Below, in pieces: positions 8,707 to 16,678 of a stretch of 64,000 nucleotides of DNA. Within the stretch, counting starts at the first letter, position 1. Each line of letters starts with the position of its first letter. Location of the stretch: positions 96,001-160,000 of the forward strand of contig CAVUKA010000002.1 of the NCBI GenBank assembly GCA_963741945.1, given 5' to 3'. The stretch comes from an uncultured Gemmatimonadales bacterium. GTDB taxonomy: Bacteria > Gemmatimonadota > Gemmatimonadetes > Longimicrobiales > RSA9. A model generated the notes under the pieces. That model was not told the DNA's origin and ran no database searches. It saw only the letters and a program-made list of their open reading frames with translations. A program made the position numbers and the translations under genes.

Positions 8707-11109
8707 ATGGTCCGGCTGACGATCCTCGGAGACGTTGATCTGCGCGCGGACGACGGCGTGGCCGTCGGCTCCGTGCTGACTCAGCCGCGCCGGTTCGCGC
8801 TCCTCGTCTACCTCGCCCTCGAGTCTGGCGCGGGCGGGATCCAACGCGACCGCCTGCTCGGCGTCTTCTGGCCGGAGACCACGCAGGACCGCGCGCGGCA
8901 GTCGCTCCGCAGCGCGCTCCATTTCCTTCGCCGCTCCCTCGGACCGGACGCCATCGTCACCCGCGGCGACCTCCTCCTTCTCGATCCCGCGCACGTCTGG
9001 TGTGATGCGGTGGAGTTCGGCACCGCTCTCGACGGCGGCCGCGCGGACCACGCGCTCCGGCTCTACGGCGGAGACCTCCTGCCCGGGTTCTTCCTCGACG
9101 AGGGGCCGGTGGAGTTCGAGCGCTGGCTCGAAGAGAGCCGGACCGGGTTCCGCCGGCAGGCCGCCAGCGCCGCCTGGGATCTCGCGCTCGCCGCCGAGCA
9201 GGCGCAGCGACTCCCCGCGGCCGGCGCCTGGGCCCGCAGGGCGGCCGAGCTGTGGGAGCACGACGAGGCCGCCACGCGCCGCGCCATGGACCTGCTCGCC
9301 CGCATCGGGGATCGCGCGGGCGCCCTCGCCGCCTATGATGACCTGGCCCGCCGACTCCGCGATGAGTTCGACAGTGAGCCGAGCCCGGACACGCAGACCA
9401 CGGTCGCGCGCATCCGTGAGGCCGGACCGGCACCGGCGACGGAGCCCTCGCCGGCTCCTCGTCGCACGCACGCTCCGGAGCCATCACCGGCCCCGCCCAC
9501 CCCATCGCGCTGGGCTCGCCGCATCCGACCGCTCACCTCGGGGGCGGTGACGCTGATCCTGATGGCGGCGTTCTTTTCCCTCTGGGGCGTGACCCGGGCG
9601 AACTCCGGACCGGGGCCCGCGACCCCGACGATCCGGCCCGTGGTCGCGATCGAGCCGCTCCGGGACTTCTCCGCAGACGGCAAGGGCGCCGACCTGGCTG
9701 GCGCGCTCACGCTGGAGCTGGTCTCCACTCTGGGCGCCACGCCGGGGTTGACCGTGGTTCCCATCACGGGCCCCGCCTCCGCGGCCGACCCGGACGCCGC
9801 CCGGCGACCGGGATTCATTGTTCGGGCCGGACTGCTGCGCACGGATTCCGCGGTCCGGGTCACCGCGATCCTGCTGGACGGCGAGTCCGGCGCGACGCTC
9901 GGGCGTTTCACCGCCGAGCACCCCCTCGCGGAGAACGCGGTCGTGACGGTCGAGCAGCTGGTGGCGTCCCTCGAGCCGGAAGTGCGGCGCAAGGTTGGTC
10001 GGGCGATGGCCGATTACGGGCGACGCGCGGAAACGCGCAACCTCCGCGCGCTGGGGCTGGTCCGGGACGGCATCCACGACTACACCACCGCCGATTCACT
10101 CCGGAAAGCCGGCTCTCTGGAGACGGCCGCCATGATGTTCGAGGCGGCGGACTCCCAGCTCGTTCTCGCCCAGGCCGAAGCGCCCCGGTGGCCGGAGCCC
10201 TCCGTCCGTCTCGCCGAGTCCGCCCTCGCCCACCTCTGGCTCTTCCTCTTCCAGCCGCAGCGCGACACTGCCGCCGTCGCCGGCACACTGCGCCGCGGAG
10301 CGGCCGCCGCCGAGCACGCGCTCCGCGTCGCCGGCGACGATGCCGCCGCGCTCGAGCTGCGCGGTCGACTCCGCTACTGGACCTGGCTGACCCGATCGAG
10401 CGGCTCGCCAAGCGGCGACCGGACGGCGCTTGCCGGCGCGGAGGCCGACCTCCGGCGGGCCACCGCCCTCGACCCCGGCCGCCCGTTCGCCTGGGCCGTC
10501 CTCAGCTCGATCCTGGAGGCCCGCGCCGATTTCGCGGGCGCCAACATGGCCGCGCTGCGGGCGTATGACGCGGACCCGTACCTGGCTGCCGGGAACGACA
10601 TTCTCGTCCGCCTGTTCACCACCGCGGTGGAGCTCGGCGATGCCGCGGCCGCGGACCGCTGGTGCCAGGAGATCCAGCAGCGGATGGGCGGTGCGTGGCT
10701 GTCCGCATACTGCCAGCTGGAACAGATGGCGTGGACCGGGCTCGGGGGCGTCACGCCCGACTCCGCACTCCACGTTGTGGACCGCGCCACCCGCGGCGAT
10801 CCGGCCGCGGCCGTGGTCCGGCCCAGGCTGCAGCTCCTGGCCGCCGTGGCCATGGCGCGCTCGAAGTTCGACCAGGATGCCAGGCGCACCGTGGCGGCCG
10901 CAGATCCAGACGCGGCGGGAGACCCGGAAACGCAGCAGCTGGAAGCGTGGGCGTGGCTCGTCCTGGGAGAGAAGCAGCGGGCGCTGGACCTTCTGGCGCA
11001 GGTCGCGCGCGCGAATGTCCACGCCCGCGAAGCGCTGCTCCGGAGCCGCCGCTTCGATTCGCTGCGCGACGACGCCGGCTTCCCCGCGATCAGCCTTCCC
11101 CGGGACTGA
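8707..11109 (+). CDS. Transmembrane BTAD/SARP-like regulator: wHTH+BTAD, TM helix, TolB-like N domain, TPR repeats
   Basis: LLVYLAL..RDRLLGVFWPE..ARQSLRSALHFLRR, LYGGDLLPGF, EFERWLE; one TM (LTSGAVTLILMAAFFSLWGV); Ala-rich TPR-like C-terminus. Confidence 0.85.
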   Translation: MVRLTILGDVDLRADDGVAVGSVLTQPRRFALLVYLALESGAGGIQRDRLLGVFWPETTQDRARQSLRSALHFLRRSLGPDAIVTRGDLLLLDPAHVWCDAVEFGTALDGGRADHALRLYGGDLLPGFFLDEGPVEFERWLEESRTGFRRQAASAAWDLALAAEQAQRLPAAGAWARRAAELWEHDEAATRRAMDLLARIGDRAGALAAYDDLARRLRDEFDSEPSPDTQTTVARIREAGPAPATEPSPAPRRTHAPEPSPAPPTPSRWARRIRPLTSGAVTLILMAAFFSLWGVTRANSGPGPATPTIRPVVAIEPLRDFSADGKGADLAGALTLELVSTLGATPGLTVVPITGPASAADPDAARRPGFIVRAGLLRTDSAVRVTAILLDGESGATLGRFTAEHPLAENAVVTVEQLVASLEPEVRRKVGRAMADYGRRAETRNLRALGLVRDGIHDYTTADSLRKAGSLETAAMMFEAADSQLVLAQAEAPRWPEPSVRLAESALAHLWLFLFQPQRDTAAVAGTLRRGAAAAEHALRVAGDDAAALELRGRLRYWTWLTRSSGSPSGDRTALAGAEADLRRATALDPGRPFAWAVLSSILEARADFAGANMAALRAYDADPYLAAGNDILVRLFTTAVELGDAAAADRWCQEIQQRMGGAWLSAYCQLEQMAWTGLGGVTPDSALHVVDRATRGDPAAAVVRPRLQLLAAVAMARSKFDQDARRTVAAADPDAAGDPETQQLEAWAWLVLGEKQRALDLLAQVARANVHAREALLRSRRFDSLRDDAGFPAISLPRD

Positions 11110-11148
11110 TCGGCCGGGCAGACCGGCTCCGCCGCCGGCCGCGGCCGA

Positions 11149-11325
11149 TCAGAGGTCGGGGGAGCAGTGGATCACACCTTCGATCCACACGCACTCGCCG
11201 CCCTGATCCTGCGTGGATTCCCCCACACCCAGTACGGCGCCATCGCCGCACCCGGAGAATGCGCCGAGCAGCAGCAGCAGAATCGCCCCGGTCAACCCGA
11301 GCCGTACGTTCGAGCGAGTCACCAT
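11149..11325 (-). CDS. Small lipoprotein (58 aa), absent from the ORF track
   Basis: Manual translation MVTRSNVRLGLTGAILLLLLGAFSG|CGDGAVLGVGESTQDQGGECVWIEGVIHCSPDL*; GGGAGG RBS just upstream; lipobox FSGC. Confidence 0.75.
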   Translation of the reverse strand: MVTRSNVRLGLTGAILLLLLGAFSGCGDGAVLGVGESTQDQGGECVWIEGVIHCSPDL

Positions 11326-11430
11326 CCGTCCCTCCCATGTCAGTGGCGTTCACCTGCATGGAAGGTCATCCCGGACGCCCGCGCGCGCATGGGGAATTTT
11401 CCCCTATGTCGTTAACACGCTACTAATTAG

Positions 11431-11455
11431 GGGGGTGTGGACTTGCGTGTGGACG
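11431..11455 (+). repeat. Left terminal inverted repeat, containing GTGTGGAC twice
   Basis: Exact reverse complement of 14342-14366. Confidence 0.95.
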
Positions 11456-11575
11456 CAGAGACTCAAAAACAAGCGTTTAGGCTGAAGATCCGGACGTGCG
11501 TATACCCCGCTGGAGTGGTGGTCCCGAGGCCCCGCCCCCGTTTCGCGACTCGGTAGCCACTCGACGGTCCCCTCC

Positions 11576-11605
11576 TTGACGCAGGTATCGGTAAAACGCT
11601 ATAGT
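11576..11605 (+). promoter_or_regulatory. Sigma70-type promoter of the passenger operon, probably leaderless
   Basis: TTGACG (11576-11581)-N18-TATAGT (11600-11605); ATG 11612 follows after a 6-nt gap; no Shine-Dalgarno. Confidence 0.65.
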
Positions 11606-11611
11606 TGATCC

Positions 11612-12211
11612 ATGACCAGAGACGAGTTGTTGGAAGCGCTCAGGCGCTTGGGCGAACTGGTTCCCCCGAAGGCGCAGATCGTTATCGCCGGGGGCGCCGC
11701 ACTCATTCTCGGCGACTACGTTGACCGAGCCACCGGCGACGGCGACGTAGTGTACGCCAATCCGCCGCTGGCTCATCTCCGGTCGGCGATTCTGCAGGTT
11801 GCGCAGGAGAGGGGGCTTTCCCCCCGCTGGCTGAACGACGGTGTCAAGGCGTTCGGTGACGTCCTGCCCGATGACTTCGACCAACGCACGGACAGAATGG
11901 GCACCTTCGGCAACCTGCGGGTCCTGTTGCTCGGGCGGATGGACTTGATCCTGAGCAAGTTCTACGGGGGACGCGAGGTCGATCTGGAGGACTTGGCCGC
12001 ACTGCACCCGACTGACGAAGAGATCAAGTTCGTCCTCGCCCAACTCGATCGCATCGCGCGATTCCGGCCAGACAAGGCGCTCCGAATGCAACTCTACCTC
12101 GAGCAGGGCGCGGGGAGAGGGGAGCAGGAGGATGAGGCGCCCGTCGTCGATGACGAGGAGGAGCCAGAAGGCCCTTCTCTCGGGGGCGGGAACACCCGAG
12201 GTGGTCCATGA
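11612..12211 (+). CDS. DUF6036/AbiEii-like nucleotidyltransferase
   Basis: IVIAGGAALIL..RATGDGDV (GG..RxTxDxD-type motif), WLNDGV, DLILSKF..R..DLEDL; acidic C-terminal tail. Confidence 0.8.
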   Translation: MTRDELLEALRRLGELVPPKAQIVIAGGAALILGDYVDRATGDGDVVYANPPLAHLRSAILQVAQERGLSPRWLNDGVKAFGDVLPDDFDQRTDRMGTFGNLRVLLLGRMDLILSKFYGGREVDLEDLAALHPTDEEIKFVLAQLDRIARFRPDKALRMQLYLEQGAGRGEQEDEAPVVDDEEEPEGPSLGGGNTRGGP

Positions 12212-12975
12212 CACACGATCAAGAGCGAGATCGACTCGCGGCGGAGTGGGCGCGCGCCGGCGGAGGCTTCATGGTCGAACCGGCGACCTACGCTATCGAC
12301 CTGGAGCAGCTCGTCGGGCGGACAGCGGTAGCCGCACCCAGGGACTACAGAGCACTTGCGGTTGCCACCACCTGGATCGCGCAGCACTCGCAGCTCGTGA
12401 ATGTGCGACGGCTCGGGAAGGTGGCGAACGAACTTGAGGAAACCCCTGCGGCCATTCTCGGCGCGATGATCGAGATCGCTTACGAGACCAACTCGGCGGT
12501 CGACCGGCTGAAGCCCGCCCAACGCCACTGCCGGCCACTACGAGAACCTCGGGCTCTATTCGACCGTACCCAGGCGAATCCAGTCCTCCGGCGCTTCGCG
12601 AAGGAGGGCGCCCTGCCGGCGTTCAAGTCATGGGGGCTGTGGCAGGACGAGCTGACGCTCAAGTTCGACGCACTACGTCCAGTCAGCTGGATCCTGGAGC
12701 ACTGCCCTGAGCTTCGGCTGCGCGCACTCTATGGCCCTGGTCTCGAGGCGGAGGTCATGCAGGTGCTCGACCGAGGGCCTGCAACGATTGCTGCCATAGC
12801 TCGAGAAGTCGACGCGAGCTACTCGGCTACTCACGCCGCCGTAGTCCGGTTGGAGGGTCGCGGTAGCGTTGTATCCCATGATGGCCAAGGCGTTGAGCTC
12901 AGCCCGCCAGTTCGGAGTTGGATCGACAGGTATCCGGCTGTAGCCAGGAAGCACCGAGCGCGGCTGGCGTCGTAA
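12208..12975 (+). CDS. Hypothetical protein with C-terminal winged HTH; partner of the nucleotidyltransferase
   Basis: ATGA overlap with the upstream gene; C-terminal 'EVMQVLDRGPATIAAIAREVDASYSATHAAVVRLEGRG' HTH pattern. Confidence 0.75.
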   Translation: MTHDQERDRLAAEWARAGGGFMVEPATYAIDLEQLVGRTAVAAPRDYRALAVATTWIAQHSQLVNVRRLGKVANELEETPAAILGAMIEIAYETNSAVDRLKPAQRHCRPLREPRALFDRTQANPVLRRFAKEGALPAFKSWGLWQDELTLKFDALRPVSWILEHCPELRLRALYGPGLEAEVMQVLDRGPATIAAIAREVDASYSATHAAVVRLEGRGSVVSHDGQGVELSPPVRSWIDRYPAVARKHRARLAS

Positions 12976-12988
12976 CGGCTGACCTCGG

Positions 12989-14287
12989 TCAACCCTCCGG
13001 AGCCCGCTGCCGTGCTCCACGCAGTCCGGGATATAGCTCGGGCCTGTCGACCAAGCGGCGTGGCGGCGGAGTGCCCTGGTAGCCGAGGTGCTGATCGTGA
13101 AGCACGTGCGCCCACTGGTGCGCCTCGGCGAGCCCGATCTGCGCCAACTGGAAGAGCACGAGGAGGTGCCTTAGCCGGTCGGGGTTCCGTAACGCGAACC
13201 GCCGGTCGAAGAGCGAGTTTTTCACCACCCGGAGCGGCTGCTCCAGCCCGCCTGTGCTCCACGGTGCGTGCTCATTATCGAGGTTGAACTCCACCTCGGG
13301 CGCGATTGCTTCCGCCCACCGGCGAAGCGCCTCAAGCTGGTTCCGCTCCTTTCGGCTCAGCGACTCGACGTGCCCGTCGTCCTCGAGCGTTTCGAGGTTC
13401 AGCCGGAACCAGCCCCAACTCGATTCGCTGGTGAACGTCGTCTCCTTGATGGGCCGCCCGAAGGGGGTTTCGCGGAGCCCGGCCCGACGGACGTGTTCCT
13501 GCGCTTGCATGGTGAGGTGTGCCGTGCACCTGAACACCGGCATCCCGGGCCAGTGCGCGTTGATCGCACCGACGATGGCAGGGTCACCGTCGCAGACGAC
13601 GTAGAGGGGCTGCCCTGGAAGTTGGCGGAAGAAATCAACCCAGGAGGCAACGTCGACCCTCTTGTACGCTCCGTAGCGCCAGACTCGCGGTCTCCGCCAC
13701 TCTGCGTGTGCGTCATCGACCGTACCGTCGCCGTAGGAAAGAGCGCCCAGAACGGAGAACAGGTGACGACCGGACGGCTTCGGGCGGCCATCTGCGTACC
13801 TGGCGCGCCCGTGAAACGGGGCGGAGTCCAGAACCAACACCTCTGGCCACTGCGCGTACTTCGGGTAGTCGTGCAGGAGCTGGGCTTGGAGGATGGGTGC
13901 GTACATGCTCACCCAGTCCCCGGCGATCCGGCCGTCTGCAGAGATCTCGCCGCCTCGTTGGAGCGCTCGTCGGCGAGCGCGACGCGACGCCTGGCGGTAC
14001 GTCGTCCCGTACGCCATCTGGACCAGCGCCTCGGCCTTCTCCCTCAGCGAGAATCGGTCTGTGCGCGCACACGGAAGCCCATCCCCGGGAGTCCAGTTCC
14101 GTTCGCACTCCATGCAGCCGTCCCCGACCGCCTTCCGTGGCAGTGGAGTCGGCTGGAAGAGGTGCGAGTCCCTGCGCCCCCCGCCCGGTGGCACACACCG
14201 CCAACGCTGGTACTGGCCGTTCTTGCCGTACCGTCCGTCACGCCAGACACGACCGTTCGGGTGCTGTGGGCACAGGGGTGTGCGCAT
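12989..14287 (-). CDS. DDE transposase, IS256/Mutator-like (N-terminal Zn ribbon as in the IS1249 group)
   Basis: CPQH..RDGRYGKNGQYQRWRC, second CMEC; catalytic VLVLD, VVCDG, FRCTAH (CxxH), STGGLEQ; lies inside the TIRs. Confidence 0.82.
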   Translation of the reverse strand: MRTPLCPQHPNGRVWRDGRYGKNGQYQRWRCVPPGGGRRDSHLFQPTPLPRKAVGDGCMECERNWTPGDGLPCARTDRFSLREKAEALVQMAYGTTYRQASRRARRRALQRGGEISADGRIAGDWVSMYAPILQAQLLHDYPKYAQWPEVLVLDSAPFHGRARYADGRPKPSGRHLFSVLGALSYGDGTVDDAHAEWRRPRVWRYGAYKRVDVASWVDFFRQLPGQPLYVVCDGDPAIVGAINAHWPGMPVFRCTAHLTMQAQEHVRRAGLRETPFGRPIKETTFTSESSWGWFRLNLETLEDDGHVESLSRKERNQLEALRRWAEAIAPEVEFNLDNEHAPWSTGGLEQPLRVVKNSLFDRRFALRNPDRLRHLLVLFQLAQIGLAEAHQWAHVLHDQHLGYQGTPPPRRLVDRPELYPGLRGARQRAPEG

Positions 14288-14341
14288 ATATGCATTCCTC
14301 GCCTATGCGTGGGGCAAGAAATGCCAATTTCCTCACACAAC

Positions 14342-14366
14342 CGTCCACACGCAAGTCCACACCCCC
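14342..14366 (-). repeat. Right terminal inverted repeat
   Basis: CGTCCACACGCAAGTCCACACCCCC followed by CTAATTAG. Confidence 0.95.
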
Positions 14367-14416
14367 CTAATTAGCGGCACGCATCGCGTCCGTCTCAGCG
14401 CGCCGGAGCCCCGCGG

Positions 14417-14566
14417 TCAGAGAAATCTGCGGATGATCCAGACCACCAGCAGGATCACCCCGATGATCAGGGCCAGGTTGATCAGGAATCCCGCCACCTT
14501 GAAGAGGACGACGGCGACGAGCCAGAGCACGAGCAGGACCACGCCGATCCACAGCAGAGAGCTCAT
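14417..14566 (-). CDS. Small 2-TM membrane protein (DUF5670/lmo0937-like)
   Basis: MSSLLWIGVVLLVLWLV..AGFLINLALIIGVILLVVWIIRRFL; GGAAGG RBS. Confidence 0.75.
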   Translation of the reverse strand: MSSLLWIGVVLLVLWLVAVVLFKVAGFLINLALIIGVILLVVWIIRRFL

Positions 14567-14667
14567 TGCGCACCTTCCAGTCTCATAGGTTTCCGCCCGC
14601 CTGGTGACGGGCATCCGTACGCGCGCTGCCGCGCGCGTGTGTCAGTTCGGTTCCCGGTCGGCATCCA

Positions 14668-15101
14668 CTACCGCATTGGCGACGGCGCCGCATCCGCCGG
14701 GGCGTGCCGCGCGATTGCGGCGGCCATTCTCACGGACCAGGTCGGCGGACGTCGTATGCTGCCAGCCATGACCCTTGCTCGGTCGCCCGTACCGGAACAC
14801 GCCCGGTAGATGCGGGTCCGTGGTCGTCGCCAGGAACCGCTCCAGGTCCATCACCGCCAGGTTGAGGTAGAAGTTGTCCATGTCGCCCACATCGATGTGG
14901 ATCTTGTCCACCAGCTTCGGCCCCACGGTGGCCCAACGACTGCGCCGCGGCAGCCCCGGCAAACGCCAGCGCGAGCGTCATCGCGAGCCCCGCATTGAGC
15001 GCGGCGGCGAGCCACCGGACCGGGCGCCCGAGCGCGCGGCCGCTCCGGCGCCGCCCCGGGTGGATCACCTGCGGCGAGCGCGCCCGTGGCGTGCGTGCCA
15101 C
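14668..15101 (-). pseudogene. Remnant of a secreted esterase-like protein: signal peptide joined out of frame to the C-terminal ~80 aa, plus a +1 frameshift
   Basis: Signal-like ..AMTLALAFAGAAAAQS, frame change at ~14935 to WATVGPKLVDKIHIDVGDMDNFYLNLAV..YGRPSKGHGW; removing an extra A at ~14728 restores LVREMAAAIARHAPAD..*. Confidence 0.65.
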
Positions 15102-15155
15102 TCATGGTAGCGTCACCCGCCCCCGGGCGTCCATGCGCAATCCCGATCCCGGCTT

Positions 15156-15411
15156 CCCCGGGAACGGCATTCACGCGAAGACGCGGAGAACGCTGAGGGC
15201 ATCGAACGCGGGGAGACTGTGGCGGCCGGGCACCCTCCCGGGCGAGGCTTCCCCGGCCCAGCAGCCGTCCCGAGATACTCCACCCCGAAGCTGCCGGGCG
15301 CGGGATCGTTGCCTGCCCCGGGAACGGCATTCACGCGAAGACGCGGAGAACGCGGAGGGCATCGAACGCGGGGAGACTGTGGCGGCCGGGCACCCTCCCG
15401 GGCGAGGCTTC
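15156..15411 (+). repeat. 96-bp direct repeat, two copies 160 bp apart, 1 mismatch
   Basis: 15156-15251 vs 15316-15411 (CGCTGAGG vs CGCGGAGG). Confidence 0.92.
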
Positions 15412-15477
15412 GAAGATGGGGATCACGGGCACCATCGATGCCGCTGGAAGCCGAGCCGTTGCCTGCCCCGACAGGCC

Positions 15478-15540
15478 CTCCGCGTTCTTCGCGTCTCCGC
15501 GTGAAACGTTGTTGCGGTTCTCCGCGTTCTTCGCGTCTCC
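15478..15540 (-). repeat. Inverted copies of the TCACGCG(A/G)AGACGCG(G/A)AGAACGCGGAG REP-like motif
   Basis: 15478-15504 is a near reverse complement of 15331-15357; partial copy at 15520-15540. Confidence 0.8.
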
Positions 15541-15752
15541 GGGCTTCCGCCCCGCGGCGGCACCTGCCATATTTCGGACATTCCGGGGGCGAATGAGACT
15601 CCAGGCGCCCCGGGCCCATGTCCGACCACGCACGATCCCGGTGGCGGAATGTTCCTTCAGGCTCGTGCCGTCGCGCGCCCGTCTGCCACCACGTCAGGTG
15701 AGACCCTCCCCGCCCCGCGGGGTTTTTCCCCCTCAGTGATGAGGTGTTTGAA

Positions 15753-16616
15753 ATGCGCGGACGAACTCTCCGGCTCGTTCCCGTGGTACTGGCGACGCTC
15801 GCTGCGGCTGCCTGCGACACCACCACGACCCCTCTCGCTCCTGATGGCGCGGCGCTGGCGCGCGCCGGCTACGACTCGCCCGGGGCGCACAGGCAGTACG
15901 GCGTTCCGATCAGGCTGGGCGACGGCATGGCGCGTGTCTACGTGGTTCTCGACGCCAGGCAGGAGGGTGCGCCGCTCGAGATCGGCATCGCCCTGAGTGA
16001 AAAGGCACTGAACAACCTGTCCGCGTCCGGCCCCACGACATACATGCTTCCGCTCCCGACGCACGCGCCCGAGCCGTACACGTTCGCGATGCTGGACTGG
16101 AACCCGCAGGGCCACGAGCCGCCGGGCGTCTACACGGTTCCGCACTTCGACTTCCACTTCTACACGGTGCCTGAAGCGCAGGTGACCGCGATTCTCCCGT
16201 CCGCCCCCGACTTCGCCAGCGAGGCGAACAACGTCCCCACCGGCGATTTCGTCCCGCCCTATTACGTCGTGCTCGGCCCTCCGGGAAGTGAGCCGGTCGA
16301 CGTGGCGGTACCGCAGATGGGGGTCCACTGGAGCGACGTCCGCTCCCCCGAGCTGCAGGGCATGCTCGGCCACCCGGAAGATTACGAGCCGTTCACGAAA
16401 ACGTTCATCTACGGCTCCTGGGACGGGGAGTTCACGTTCCTCGAGCCGATGGTCACGCGCGGCTACCTGCTCGGCGCGTCGGACGAGATCATCGAGATCC
16501 CGACGCCGGCCGCGCGACCGCAGCCGGGCTGGTACCCGTCCGCATACCGGATCACGTATGACCCGCAGGCGAAGGAATACCGCATCGGACTCACCCATCT
16601 GACCTGGAGCAACTGA
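15753..16616 (+). CDS. DUF5602-like lipoprotein
   Basis: Lipobox AAAC; DWNPQGHEPPGVY.VPHFDFHFY, VPQMGVHW, FIYGSWDG..TFLEPMVT. Confidence 0.8.
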   Translation: MRGRTLRLVPVVLATLAAAACDTTTTPLAPDGAALARAGYDSPGAHRQYGVPIRLGDGMARVYVVLDARQEGAPLEIGIALSEKALNNLSASGPTTYMLPLPTHAPEPYTFAMLDWNPQGHEPPGVYTVPHFDFHFYTVPEAQVTAILPSAPDFASEANNVPTGDFVPPYYVVLGPPGSEPVDVAVPQMGVHWSDVRSPELQGMLGHPEDYEPFTKTFIYGSWDGEFTFLEPMVTRGYLLGASDEIIEIPTPAARPQPGWYPSAYRITYDPQAKEYRIGLTHLTWSN

Positions 16617-16678
16617 GCCGGCCGAGCCCGGCAGTCGGGCGCCGCCGGCACCCGCGCCTGCCGGGTGGCTGAACGGCC

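Larger units (their letters stand above)
11431..14366. mobile_element. Transporter-type insertion sequence (IS256/Mutator-like DDE) with two passenger genes
   Basis: Perfect 25-bp TIRs GGGGGTGTGGACTTGCGTGTGGACG (11431-11455; reverse complement at 14342-14366); CTAATTAG on both flanks (11423-11430, 14367-14374); visibly lower GC than the flanks; transposase inside. Confidence 0.92.

Noticed and set aside
11512-11562. Possible hairpin or antitoxin RNA upstream of the passenger promoter (GAGTGG…CCACTC, CCGAG…CTCGG)
   Set aside because: Short interrupted stems are expected by chance at this GC; no repeats typical of type III antitoxins.
11431-14366. Assignment of the element to IS1595 (8-bp TSD, passenger genes, N-terminal Zn finger)
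   Set aside because: The catalytic region shows VVCDG, RCxxH and STGGLE, which fit IS256/Mutator better than the IS1595 pattern; not fully excluded without an HMM search.
15156-15540. Possible CRISPR array
   Set aside because: Only two 96-bp direct copies plus inverted partial copies; no regular repeat-spacer pattern and no cas genes.
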